Assembly: GCA_038230375.1 (NCBI GenBank)
Contig: JBBRNJ010000003.1
Coordinates: 32,001 to 96,000, forward strand
Direction: 5' to 3'
Origin: Polyangiales bacterium
GTDB taxonomy: Bacteria; Myxococcota_A; Polyangia; Polyangiales; Polyangiaceae
Length of the DNA stretch: 64,000 nt
Shown here: piece after piece, positions 9,091 to 19,500 of the stretch
How positions within the stretch are numbered: the first letter of the stretch is position 1
Layout: every line of letters begins with the position of its first letter
Made by a program: the position numbers and the translations under genes
The notes under the pieces: generated by a model
The model's input: only the letters and a program-made list of their open reading frames with translations
Database searches by the model: none
Told to the model about the DNA's origin: nothing

Positions 9091-11334
9091 ATGGGCCTCT
9101 CTCTTAATCGCACGCTCCTTCTCCTATCCATCCCTCTCGGTACCCTGGTCGCCATCGCTTGCGGCAGCTCAGGGGACTCCACGTTTTCGGGCGGGGGAGA
9201 CGGCGATGGTGGCTACGCGGACGAGACCGGGAACACCGGGCACATAGGCGGCGAAGGCGGCCAGGACCCGTCGGTGAAAGCGAAGACCGTGTCCATCGCG
9301 TGGAAGCCAGCCGCGCAGACAGTGGTGGCCGACGGCAAGACGCCGGCCTCGCGCACGTACGATCTGGAGGCCACGCTGAAGGATGGCTCGAAGGTGCTGG
9401 TGCTGCCGGACTCGGTCCAGTTCGACCGACCCGACATCGCAACGGCAAAGGTGGGCTCCACCACCACGCTCACGACGCCAGGCACGTACGCGGGCACTGG
9501 AACGCTGCATGGCGTCTTCGGCACCCTCGGCGCCACCGCGTCGTTCACGGTCGTCGTCAACCGGAAGGATCTGAACGGCGTGAGCGCAGGTGTTGTTGCT
9601 GCCCTCGACGCAGCTGCCACCGCCGACGCATCGCTGACGTCGCTCCTCTACCCGTACGACAAGACGGTGTTTGCTCTGGGGCTCACGTCTCCCAAGGTCA
9701 TGTGGGACGCGCCGAACGCAGGCGACACGTATCGCTTCCACCTCACGCAAGCGAACTACACCTATGACACCTACGCGACCGTCGGGCAGCCGGGACAATT
9801 CCGGATCGATCAGGCCGTCTGGGACATCATCACCGCATCCAACAAGGGCGCTGGCACCGGGCTCACGCTCAAGGTGTCGCGCTACGACGCCGCGTCGAAG
9901 CTGGCGTACGTCTCCGCGTCCGAGACCTACACGATCGCGCCGGAGAGCCTGCGCGGCGCCATTTACTACTGGACCGCGTCGGAGCCGGCGTTCCCCGACG
10001 GCGGTCACGGGCCGCGCAAGGGACACATCTCGCGCTTTCGTCCAGGCACGGGCGCGGCGCCCGTCGCGCTGAACAACGGCAAGTGCATGGGCTGCCACGC
10101 GGTCAACGCGAAGGGCACCGTGCTCGTCGCCGACGTGGACGATCTCAACTACGCGGGCGGCGCCACGACCGACCCGTCCGTCGCGCCCTACAGCAACTGG
10201 AGCAAGACGCGCCCGTGGGCCAGCTTCGACGTCTCCAACGCGGACGCCGACGGTGGCGCACAGCTGAAGCTCGAGACCAACAAGTTCGGAGGTCAGATCG
10301 CGCTCACGCCAGACGGCACCTACGTGGTCTTCGGTGGACCCACGCCCGTCGGCGGCGGCGCCATCCAGCCCGGCTCGAAGTATCTCTCGCTCGGCAAGGT
10401 CGTCGACGGCACCGTGATCGCGACCAGCGGTCTTGATGACGTGAATGTCCCCGCAGGCAAGGGAATGATGATGCCCTCGTTCTCCCCGGACGGGACGAAG
10501 ATGGCAATCGTCGTCAGCTCCATGGACACGGACAACGTGATCCCCGACGCCACGGGCACGAGCATCCAGTATCTGGATTTCACGCAGGCCACACCTGCGT
10601 TTGGTACCACGCTGCATGCGCTCGTTGACGGCACGGACGCAGTGTTCACGGCCCAGACCGGCACTGGCCTCGCTTACCCGAGCTTCACTCCGGACTCGAA
10701 GGCCATCGCATTCCATGTGGGCACGACCAGCACCGGCTGCCACGGCAAGTGCGACGACTCCACCGTTGACGACGGCAACCTCTTCATCCAGCCGATCGTG
10801 AAGGGCGGCCTCGCATCACCGATCGCCATGACGGCTGCGAGCGATCCGCCGAACGCCGCCGAGGCCCGTCTCTCCGTGGAGCCCACCTTCAATCCAGACG
10901 TGCGCGGAGGCTACTCGTGGGTGGTCTTCACGACGATGCGCTCGTGGGGCAACACGCCGTTCCCGGCAGGAACGGATCCAGGTTTCGTGAACGCGAAGCG
11001 GCGGCTCTGGGTCGCTGCCGTGGACACGACCATCGGTACGATTGATCCCAGCCACCCGGCCTTCTTCCTGGAGGGCCAGGAGGACACGCCGAACATGCGC
11101 GGCTTCTGGGCAAACGCGACCTGCACGCAGACAGCGCCCGCCGGCGCCCCGCCCAACTCCTGCACGGCAGGCTACGAGTGCTGCTCAGGCTTCTGCATCA
11201 ACAAGGTCTGCGTCGATCCGAGCACGGTCGCGTGCGCGGGCATCGGTGATTCGTGCACCGTCGCTGGTGATTGCTGCAATCCCGACGCCGTCGCGTGCGT
11301 GGCCGGCAAGTGCAAAGCCGGCGGCATTCACTGA
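9091..11334 (+). CDS. TolB/PD40-like beta-propeller lipoprotein with Cys-rich C-terminus
   Basis: Lipobox AIAC, PD40-like repeats (PSFSPDG, PSFTPDS), WVVFT and a CCSG-type Cys-rich tail. Confidence 0.8.
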   Translation: MGLSLNRTLLLLSIPLGTLVAIACGSSGDSTFSGGGDGDGGYADETGNTGHIGGEGGQDPSVKAKTVSIAWKPAAQTVVADGKTPASRTYDLEATLKDGSKVLVLPDSVQFDRPDIATAKVGSTTTLTTPGTYAGTGTLHGVFGTLGATASFTVVVNRKDLNGVSAGVVAALDAAATADASLTSLLYPYDKTVFALGLTSPKVMWDAPNAGDTYRFHLTQANYTYDTYATVGQPGQFRIDQAVWDIITASNKGAGTGLTLKVSRYDAASKLAYVSASETYTIAPESLRGAIYYWTASEPAFPDGGHGPRKGHISRFRPGTGAAPVALNNGKCMGCHAVNAKGTVLVADVDDLNYAGGATTDPSVAPYSNWSKTRPWASFDVSNADADGGAQLKLETNKFGGQIALTPDGTYVVFGGPTPVGGGAIQPGSKYLSLGKVVDGTVIATSGLDDVNVPAGKGMMMPSFSPDGTKMAIVVSSMDTDNVIPDATGTSIQYLDFTQATPAFGTTLHALVDGTDAVFTAQTGTGLAYPSFTPDSKAIAFHVGTTSTGCHGKCDDSTVDDGNLFIQPIVKGGLASPIAMTAASDPPNAAEARLSVEPTFNPDVRGGYSWVVFTTMRSWGNTPFPAGTDPGFVNAKRRLWVAAVDTTIGTIDPSHPAFFLEGQEDTPNMRGFWANATCTQTAPAGAPPNSCTAGYECCSGFCINKVCVDPSTVACAGIGDSCTVAGDCCNPDAVACVAGKCKAGGIH

Positions 11335-11336
11335 CG

Positions 11337-11993
11337 TCACGCAGGGGTTCCAGGCACGGCGCCGAAGGTGGCGATGTACCAGTCGCGCTCGTGATGATCG
11401 AGACCGTCGCCGAAGGGCGCGTCGGCCTCGGCGCCTAGCTTGCGCAGCACCATGCGGAGCGTGCGTTCGTCGCGCTGACTGACCACCGGGATCCCGAGCT
11501 CCATGACCGCCGCGCCTGCGACGCCAGGTCCCGTCGCGTACTGCTTGCGCGCCCGGCGGCCGTTGTAGACCACCGTGGAGCCGCACGCGCCGCTGATGTC
11601 CATCATGAGTGCAAGATGCACGTTCTCGCGCGATGCCAGCGCCGCCATTGCGCGAGCCTCGCGAACCATGGGCTCCGTGATGTCTTCCTCCGCGTCCGTG
11701 TCCGCCTGTACGGAGGCACGTCCTGCGAGCACGTCGAAGCCGTTTCCGCGCGAGATGTTCGGGGTGAAGCGGGGCGTGCCGTAGGCGTGGTCCTCGGGGC
11801 AGAACGGGAACGCCTTCACGTTGGGTCGGGCGAGCAGGAAGCGCGCGAGCGGATATTCGCCGTACGACGTGCCATCGACGCCGCAAGGCAGCCCGGCGAG
11901 GCATCCGCTGACGAGCACGCGCATCGGCGCCTCCGCGGTGAACGTGGGCCAGGTGTGGACGGTCGCTTCGCTGGGATGATGGGGCAGGGGCAT
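11337..11993 (-). CDS. DUF523 / 2-thiouracil desulfurase-like Fe-S protein
   Basis: VSGCLAG.PC..DG, FCPE..GTPR, SGACG and G.GV motifs. The start may be at 11924. Confidence 0.82.
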   Translation of the reverse strand: MPLPHHPSEATVHTWPTFTAEAPMRVLVSGCLAGLPCGVDGTSYGEYPLARFLLARPNVKAFPFCPEDHAYGTPRFTPNISRGNGFDVLAGRASVQADTDAEEDITEPMVREARAMAALASRENVHLALMMDISGACGSTVVYNGRRARKQYATGPGVAGAAVMELGIPVVSQRDERTLRMVLRKLGAEADAPFGDGLDHHERDWYIATFGAVPGTPA

Positions 11994-12034
11994 GGCCCTT
12001 CCAGGATACCGCCACTCGATGGTAAAGCCGAGAC

Positions 12035-12907
12035 GTGGTGTTTCGCCGCTTCGTCGTCCTCATCCTGCCGCTCGCCATCGCAACGTCCATCCTGGGCACC
12101 GCGGGCGTCAGCCGTGCGGATGGCGCGCGCTCCACGCCGTCGAAAGAGGAACCGCTGTTCGAGCGGCGCCCCATCGGTCACGAAGCCGACTCCGAGCACG
12201 AGTCCAAGCACGCGCTCCCGTGCCGGCCCACGGTCACCTGCACGGCCGACATCGTCCCCGCCGGCGATCTCGAGATCGAGTCTGGCGTCGTCTCCAGGAA
12301 GCAGCGCACCGGCTTCACGCTCAGTGCGCCGCTCCTCATGAAGTACTCCCTCTCGCACGAGCTGCAGATCCAGCTGGGCGGCAACACCCTGACTGCGATC
12401 CGGACGCAGAAGCGCTCGACTTACATCGACAACGCCGTGGGCGGCCTGAAAGTTCACATCGTGGACCAGACGGACAAGCGGCCGTCCCTCGCGCTGTCCG
12501 CAGCGCTCAGCGTGCCCACGTTTCGCGCGGACGGCTACGAGCGCGCGTACAACGGTATCTTCACTGCCTACGCCACGAAGGACTTCGGCCCCATCCACCT
12601 GGACCTCAACCTGGGCGTGAACGCCGCGGGCATCGACAAGATCGCCACGGGCCAGGGCTACGCGGCGCTTGCGGCCGCGACGGAGTTCACGACGGAGTTC
12701 GGCGCCATCCTCGAGGGATACATCTTCTCCGACGCGCAGCCTTACGTGCCAGAGGACGCTGGCATCGTGTTCGCGTTCACGCACAGCCCCAAGCCGTGGC
12801 TCGTCTTCGACGCCGGCGTCGACATCTCGCTGTACCAATCAACGCGTGTATTCTCCACGTTCTTTGGAGTCACGTTCATCCCACTGACATCGGGCCACCA
12901 CGACTAG
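12035..12907 (+). CDS. Outer-membrane beta-barrel (MetA-pathway-of-phenol-degradation/transporter-like)
   Basis: Signal peptide, RP.VT..ADIVP.G.LEIE.G motif and amphipathic beta strands. Confidence 0.72.
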   Translation: MVFRRFVVLILPLAIATSILGTAGVSRADGARSTPSKEEPLFERRPIGHEADSEHESKHALPCRPTVTCTADIVPAGDLEIESGVVSRKQRTGFTLSAPLLMKYSLSHELQIQLGGNTLTAIRTQKRSTYIDNAVGGLKVHIVDQTDKRPSLALSAALSVPTFRADGYERAYNGIFTAYATKDFGPIHLDLNLGVNAAGIDKIATGQGYAALAAATEFTTEFGAILEGYIFSDAQPYVPEDAGIVFAFTHSPKPWLVFDAGVDISLYQSTRVFSTFFGVTFIPLTSGHHD

Positions 12908-12912
12908 ACGGC

Positions 12913-13866
12913 TCAGGGGCGCTTGGGAGATGGCGCGCTTGCGTCTGGCGCACCGCCGTCTGGGGCTCCGGCGTCTGGCTTCTTCCAGAGCGCGACGCCT
13001 GCGTCTGCGTGGACGTCGCCGAGCATCATCGTGAGCATCTCGTCTTCGGCGCTCTCCACCTTCTTCAGGGAGATCTTCAGCGTCAGCGGCTCGATCACGG
13101 CGAGCTTCTCCGTCACGAGCTTCTTCGCGTTCGGGTTGGACGCTCCGAGACCCATGCGGAGCGAGCGCTCCTCTTCACGCCACAGCGCCGCGGCGCCCTC
13201 GGCCGCGCGGAAGATGTTGGCGCCATAGCGCCCGCCGGGGCCGTCGCGCCTGGAGAGATCGCGCTGAACGCAGGCGGAGTGGTCGGGGTGCAGCTCCGGA
13301 ACCATCTTGTCCAGTGGCTCGCCGCGCCCGATCGCGCCGTAGGTATCGCAGGCACCGGCGACGCTGTGCGCGACCGCTGCGATCAGCTTGATCGCGGTGG
13401 CCTCGTCGTTCGCCGTGACCCCGACGTCGGGAGCCACACGCGCCATCTCGGTCGCCACGGCCATGCGCAGCGCGTCCACGCCCGCGCCCTGACCGGACTT
13501 CAGCATGTTGAGCCACGAGTTGGTGTCTGACGCCAGGTCACCGCGGTGGTCCCGCACGAGGGCCACGGCCATCGCCGCGCACGACGCCTGGTCGGGATTG
13601 TCCGAGTGGAAGCCAGTCCGCGAACCCATGTAGTTTGCAAGTGTCGTGAGGCACGCCGGCCCGTCAACGCCGCACGCGGGAGCGTCGTCCACCTTGGGCG
13701 TCCCCGCACCCAGGCTCACGTTCAGCGCAACGATGTTCTCGCCGCTGACCTTCGGCGCCGAGTTGTGCCGGTACGCCGTGACGCCAGCCGCGACGATGCC
13801 GCCGAAGATGGCGGCCTTCACCCACGGCCGTTGAAAGAAAGAGGGGGCGTCGCTGGTGTCGCTCAC
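12913..13866 (-). CDS. Hypothetical membrane-anchored protein
   Basis: GTG start at 13866, N-terminal TM helix and paired Cys. The longer ORF in the track reads through a repeat array. Confidence 0.7.
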   Translation of the reverse strand: MSDTSDAPSFFQRPWVKAAIFGGIVAAGVTAYRHNSAPKVSGENIVALNVSLGAGTPKVDDAPACGVDGPACLTTLANYMGSRTGFHSDNPDQASCAAMAVALVRDHRGDLASDTNSWLNMLKSGQGAGVDALRMAVATEMARVAPDVGVTANDEATAIKLIAAVAHSVAGACDTYGAIGRGEPLDKMVPELHPDHSACVQRDLSRRDGPGGRYGANIFRAAEGAAALWREEERSLRMGLGASNPNAKKLVTEKLAVIEPLTLKISLKKVESAEDEMLTMMLGDVHADAGVALWKKPDAGAPDGGAPDASAPSPKRP

Positions 13867-13879
13867 GCCCCCTACGATA

Positions 13880-14054
13880 CTCGACAACGACAACGACTTC
13901 GACGAGGACTTCGACAACGACTTCGACGAGGACTTCGACTTCGACAACGACGAGGACTTCGACCTCGACAACGACGAGGACTTCGACCTCGACTTCGACT
14001 TCGACCTCGACTTCGACCTCGACCTCGACTTCGACTTCGACCTCGACCTCGACC
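13880..14054. repeat. Hexamer tandem array 1 (GACTTC/GACCTC/GACAAC/GACGAG)
   Basis: Directly visible. Abuts the TAG stop of the acyl-CoA dehydrogenase. Confidence 0.95.
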
Positions 14055-15911
14055 CTAGACGGTGGCGAAGGCCTCGTTTGGGATGTCGAGCGGGCTCTTG
14101 TCCTCTTCCTCGAGGAGCTTGGCCTTGAACTCGACGCCCGGGAGGACGTTGCGCGCGAAGTAGAGCGCTGCCTGGGTCTTGCCGGAGTAGAAGGCGAAGT
14201 CGGGGTGACCGGCGTCCACCTTCTTCTTCTTCTCCTCGGCGATGACGGCCGCGTCGAGCAGGAGCCACGCCACCGTGAGCTCCGACATCATCTCGAGGAC
14301 GCGGTTCGCGGAGAGCGGGACCATGCCCAGGTTGCCTGACTGGAACCACATGAGCATGCGCATGGCGGTCGCGCCGACCTGCTCCTGCGCCTTGCCGAGC
14401 CGCTTCACGGCATCACCGAGCACCGGGTGGCTCGACTGCGCCGCCACGAACTTCGATATGTCACCGAGGAACGACTGGAGGTTTGCGCCGCCGGCCTGAC
14501 CCAGCTTGCGACCCACCAGGTCCATGGCCTGGATGTGATTCGTGCCTTCGTAGATGCTGAAGATCTTCGCGTCGCGGCAGTACTGCTCGACAGGGTAGTC
14601 GCGCGTGTAGCCCGCGCCGCCGTAGGTCTGGATCGCGGTCTCGCACACGCGGAAGCCCTGGTCGGAGCCGTATGCCTTCACGAGCGGCACGAGCAGGTCG
14701 ACCTGGCCCTGGTGATAGACGGCGACCTTCTCGTCGCTTGCGCCGTACACGCTGACGGCGTCGCGGTGGAAGGCGAGCTTCACGGCGAGCGCGCGGATTC
14801 CCTCGACGCGGGACTTCATGTCCAGGAGCATGCGGCGCACGTCCGCGTGTTCGATGATGGGCACGCGCGGCGCGCTGGCGTCCTTCCAGTGCGTGATCGA
14901 CGAGCCTTGCTTGCGCTCGCGTGCGTACTCGAGCGCGTTGAGGTACGCGCTGCTTGCAACGGCCACGCCCTGCACGCCGACCGCGATGCGGGCGCCGTTC
15001 ATCATCCTGAACATCTGCGGCATGCCCTGATTGAGCTTCTCTTCGCCGCCAACCGGCCAGCCGATGCACTTGCCGTTCTCGCCAAAGTTGAGCACGCACG
15101 TGGCAGAGCCGTTGATGCCCATCTTGTGCTCGATGCTGGCGACGTTCGCGTCGTTGCGCTCGCCAAGCGTGCCGTCCGCCGTGGTGCGCACGCTGGGGAC
15201 GATGAAGAGCGTGAGGCCTTTCGTGCCAGGCGGTGCGCCTTCGACGCGCGCGAGCACCAGGTGGATGATGTTCTCCGCGAGCTGGTGGTCGCCGCCCGTG
15301 ATGAAGATCTTCGTGCCGGTGATGTTGTAGCTGCCGTCCGCGTTCTTCTTCGCGGTGGTCTTGGCGCTGCCCACGTCGGTGCCGGCGTGCGGCTCCGTGA
15401 GGCACATGGTGCCGCCCCACTTGCCGGAGAACATGCGCCCGCAGTAGAGGTGCTGCTGCTCGTCCGTGCCGAACGCGGCGATGACCTCACCCGCGCCGTG
15501 GGCCAGGCCCGGGTACATCGCGAACGCGGCGTTGGAGCCAGCAAGGAGCTCCAGCGTGAGCACCGCGACGGAGAGCGGTGCGCCCGCGCCGCCGTGGTCG
15601 GGCGAGACGCCGATGCTGATCCAGCCTGCCTCGTAGAGCTTCTTCCACGCGTCCTCGAACTGCCTCGGCGCGATGACACGCCCGTTCTCGATCTTGCATC
15701 CGGTCGCGTCGCCGATGGCGTTGAGCGGGCCAGTGACCTCGCGCGCGAAGCGGTAACACTCGGTGAGCGAGCTGCGAATCTCCTCCTCGCCCCAGGCCTC
15801 GAACGGCGCCTTGCCACAGAGGTCCTGCAGCTTGAACTGCTCGAACAGGAGGAAGGTGAAATCGCGGAGGTCGGCCTTGTAACGGTTGATGGCTTGCACG
15901 GGTTTTTCCAC
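14055..15911 (-). CDS. Acyl-CoA dehydrogenase
   Basis: MCLTEPHAGTD, GTKIFIT, EHKMG, QTYGGAGY and IYEGTNHIQ motifs. GAGGAG precedes GTG 15911. Confidence 0.95.
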   Translation of the reverse strand: MEKPVQAINRYKADLRDFTFLLFEQFKLQDLCGKAPFEAWGEEEIRSSLTECYRFAREVTGPLNAIGDATGCKIENGRVIAPRQFEDAWKKLYEAGWISIGVSPDHGGAGAPLSVAVLTLELLAGSNAAFAMYPGLAHGAGEVIAAFGTDEQQHLYCGRMFSGKWGGTMCLTEPHAGTDVGSAKTTAKKNADGSYNITGTKIFITGGDHQLAENIIHLVLARVEGAPPGTKGLTLFIVPSVRTTADGTLGERNDANVASIEHKMGINGSATCVLNFGENGKCIGWPVGGEEKLNQGMPQMFRMMNGARIAVGVQGVAVASSAYLNALEYARERKQGSSITHWKDASAPRVPIIEHADVRRMLLDMKSRVEGIRALAVKLAFHRDAVSVYGASDEKVAVYHQGQVDLLVPLVKAYGSDQGFRVCETAIQTYGGAGYTRDYPVEQYCRDAKIFSIYEGTNHIQAMDLVGRKLGQAGGANLQSFLGDISKFVAAQSSHPVLGDAVKRLGKAQEQVGATAMRMLMWFQSGNLGMVPLSANRVLEMMSELTVAWLLLDAAVIAEEKKKKVDAGHPDFAFYSGKTQAALYFARNVLPGVEFKAKLLEEEDKSPLDIPNEAFATV

Positions 15912-15959
15912 GGCGGCTCTCCTCGTTCTCGTCAAGTGCCGCGCCCGACGCGCGACGAA

Positions 15960-15973
15960 TGAATGCTCATTCA
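15960..15973. promoter_or_regulatory. Palindromic operator TGAATG-CT-CATTCA
   Basis: Perfect 6-bp inverted repeat in an AT-rich patch about 50 nt upstream of the acyl-CoA dehydrogenase. Confidence 0.65.
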
Positions 15974-16086
15974 GTTAATAAAGCACTTGGGACGAGTCGG
16001 AAAGGGGGGACGCCAAAATCAACGAAAATGCACGAAACCACCGATGATTTCGGGGCCGCCGGCGAGGAGGACGGTCGGGCGGCGGA

Positions 16087-16302
16087 GTCGAGGTCGAGGT
16101 CGCGGTCGAGGTCGAGGTCGAGGTCGGGGTCGGGGTCGGGGTGGGGGTCGGGGTCGGGGTCGGGGTTGGGGTCGGGGTTGGGGTCGGGGTTGGGGTCGGG
16201 GTTGGGGTCGAGGGCAGGGTTGGGGTCGAAGTCCTCGTCGAAGTCGTGGTCGTCGTCGAAGTCGCGGTCGTCGTCGAAGTCCTCGTCGAAGTCGTCCCGG
16301 TC
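16087..16302. repeat. Hexamer tandem array 2 (GAGGTC/GGGGTC/GGGGTT/GAAGTC)
   Basis: Directly visible, with a G-rich core at about 16126-16227. Confidence 0.95.
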
Positions 16303-16319
16303 CTCGCTACACTCTCTCT

Positions 16320-16508
16320 GTGAACCGCTGCACCCGGCACGATCTCGCGCGCGGCCCCGACGGCCTCTGCGCGCGATGCCTGAAAGACAAGCAGCGTCTC
16401 TCGGCCCCGCGCGGTGATCGCGCACGCACGGCCGCGCGACTCCTCCTCGCGCTCCTGGCCTTCATAGCAACGTTCGCCGCCCTGCTGAGCTACTGCGACA
16501 CCAACTGA
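16320..16508 (+). CDS. Small membrane protein with N-terminal CxxH...CxxC motif
   Basis: GTG start with TACACT 6 nt upstream. Reads RCTRHDL..GPDGLCARC followed by a TM helix; 62 aa. Confidence 0.6.
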   Translation: MNRCTRHDLARGPDGLCARCLKDKQRLSAPRGDRARTAARLLLALLAFIATFAALLSYCDTN

Positions 16509-16524
16509 CTCTGGCGAGAAGTCC

Positions 16525-19500
16525 TCAGAGCTCCGCGCGGACGAGCACGAACTTGTTGCAGAGATTTTTGTCGGTGAGCTCCGTGTAGCCCTTCGGCGTG
16601 ATCTCGCTCTTCAGACCGCCGGTCCGTCCGTGCTCGGTGATGAAGTACATCGTCTTCGTGCCCTTCGCCCTCTGCTCCTTGAGCCAGTTCGTGAAGGTGC
16701 TCCCGGTGGAGACGAACGCAGGGACGTGGTTGCCCGTGTAGAAGTTCTCGCCCTTCCAGTTCATCTGGTAGGCGATGAGCATCTCGCTCGGGTTCTTTCG
16801 GTCGCGGTAGTACGCCTCGATGAGCTCGTGCTGTCCCCAGTGGGGCGAGGTCTTCATCATGTAGACGTCCGTCCCCCAGAGGCCCCACACCAGCGCGAAC
16901 GCAGCGAATGCGGCCACGGCGTGCGCGCGCAGCCGGCGCACCGCGAGGAACATCATCAGCAGCGCCGCTGCGATGCTGAACGCCGTGAGCACCGAGGTGA
17001 AGTCGAGCGACTCCGGGAACGGACGGCGATAGTTGTACGTGAACAGCTGGAGCAGGCGAATCGCGCCGGGCTGGTCGCCCGTGCCCTTCGCATCGAGCGA
17101 GAGGTCGCGACCGACCAGGGCGAGGAGCCCCACGCCAGACACCGCGGCGGCGCCCACCATGAGCCGCTCGTGCGCGAAGCGGGAGACGACCGTCTCGCGG
17201 TGGCTCGATGGATCGGAGGTGCCGCGATACGCGGAGGCCGTGGGGTTCGAGACCTCCGCCTCCTCGTACTCGTCGCCCTCTTCGCGATCGAGCATGGGGC
17301 TGCCAAAGAACTTGATGCCCGCAGCGATGACCGCCACGCCGGCCACAGCGAATTTTGCCCGCCACACGAACGTGAAGATCTTCGTGAGGGTGGAGCCTTC
17401 GAGCTTGTCCGCGTGCGCGAGCGCCTCCAGATCATGCCCTGCGATGGTGCCGAAGAGCGAACCGGGGAACATGCGCGAGATGCCGAACACGAAGAGCGCG
17501 GCGCCCAGCCCGAGCGTCACGTAGTACGGCAGGGACAACCCACCACCGCGCGTGAGCGGACGCTTGCCGAGCATGTCGTCCAGGACCACGCCGATGAGCA
17601 TCGCGATCGGCGGCACGGCCGGGAAGATGTAGTGGTGGAACTTGGTCCCCATGAACGAGAAGAGCGCAAACGCGAACAGCGCCCACATCACGAGGAGCAC
17701 CGACAGGTCGCCCTTGCCCTTGTCCGCCGAGTCGCCGCGGCGCAGCCAGTACGTGAGGCCAAGCGGGACAAGGCCCACCCATGGGAACGTCGCGTAGCCG
17801 AGCTGCCAGATGTAGAAGCGGAAGCTCGTGTCGTCGCCCTCGTTCGTGTCGTGCACGTGGCCGAAGGCGCGGTTGAACATGTCGTGGAAGAACAGGCGGT
17901 CGATGAACGGCGACCCATGGCGCACGTACATGGCAACGAACCACGGCGCTGCGACGCAAGCGAGGACCAGAAGGCCGCTGAGGAACTCGAGGCGGAGCAG
18001 CTCGCCCCACTTTCGCTTGGTGCCCAGGTATGCGAACGCGCAGACCGCGGGAAGAATGAAGCCGGCCGGGCCCTTGCCCATGGTCGCGATCGCCGTGCAG
18101 AACCACGCGGCAATGTAGCAGAGCCGCCGCACGCGACGCTCGCCCCAGTTCACCCAGAGCAGCACGCCGAGCACGACGAGCCACACGATGCCTTGCAGGA
18201 ACGGCTCGATGCCGCCGACGAAATGCCAGAGCGCCCCGCCGATGCCGATGCCGAGTCCCTTCGGGACCTGCGCAGGCGCGACCGTGGCGCACGCCTCGTT
18301 GCCAGGAATGCCGCAGTTGACCGCGGAGCCGCTGCGAAACTCGTCGAAGTGCGGGCGGAAGCCCTTGGGTCCGTTGCCGGACAGCACGAGCTCGAGGTTG
18401 CGCGACAGCAGATAGAGCGCCTGCGGCAGCGCGCAGAGGATGATGATCCCGAAGACCAGATGGAACAGAGAGAAGCGCAGCTTCCGCGAGCCGATGTCGA
18501 CCTCGTAGAGCGCGACCTTCTTCTCCTCCTCCGTGTAGAGGCCGAGCATGAGCAGGCCCATCGCGGCCGTCATGGCGGCGACGAACGGCATGTCCGTCAT
18601 GGTCTGGTGTGCGAGGAAGAACCAGTCGGGCATCGTGGCGAGCACGATGGCGCCGATCATCCCGGCGCGGCGCCCGAAGACCTTCGCGACGCCCTTGTAG
18701 AGCAGGTACATCGCGGTGAGCGTGAACAGCACGTTCGGCGTGCGTACGACCCACTCCGGATGCCCGACGCCGTCACCGCCGAACCCCTGCATCATCTGAT
18801 CGGAGTGGAAGTGCGTGCCCAGCGTGGACATCGACAGTGACTGGATCCAGAAGTTCAAGATCGGCTTCGACCAGAACCATCCGTCCTGCGCCCACCAGAG
18901 CGAGATCCAGTCGTCGCGCGCGAGGATCTCGCGGGCGACCTCGCCGTAGTGCGTCTCCCACGGATCCCACAGCGAAAACAGGCCCAGCGTCGGGAAGTAG
19001 AGGAGCGCGCCAGTGACGAGCACCCAGAAGCCGTGGCGAAGGTGCAGGGGGCGAGCGTTGCCGTCCTCGTCGTGCTTCCACGGACCGAGCGCGACGCCCA
19101 GCTTGAAGATCGCCATGATGAGCGCGATGAACGCCGCGGTCACGAGCACACCGCCGACCATCCCCTTGAAGAGCCCAAGCCCAGCCAGTGACACCGTCGC
19201 GGCGAATGCGATGAACGCCCCCACGCTCAGCGCGAGCGGCGCGAGCAGGTCGGAGAGCGTGCGCTTCTCGAGCGCCTTGCCTTCCTCGGGAGCGTCGTCG
19301 AACGAGCCCATGTAGTCGAGCACCGAGAACGCCGCGAGCATCACGAAGATCACACCGAGCGGCACGCCGATCCGTAGCTGCCCGTTCTTCGCCATCAGCA
19401 AGAACGCAAACAACGCCGACGCCGAGCCCAGGATCAACGCGCCACGCCGGACCGGATTCCCACGCGGAATGAGCCGCTCCTCGACCTTGGCGGCCTTGGC

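Noticed and set aside
10084..10098. CMGCH as a heme c site in the propeller lipoprotein
   Set aside because: A single motif in a Cys-rich propeller protein with no other cytochrome features; not enough support.
13856..14128. ORFs reading DFDLD, SRSKS, VEVEV, TSTS or GRGR across the hexamer arrays
   Set aside because: These are translations of tandem repeats that stay open in several frames. The heptamers in array 3 break phase, and neighbouring genes have better starts.
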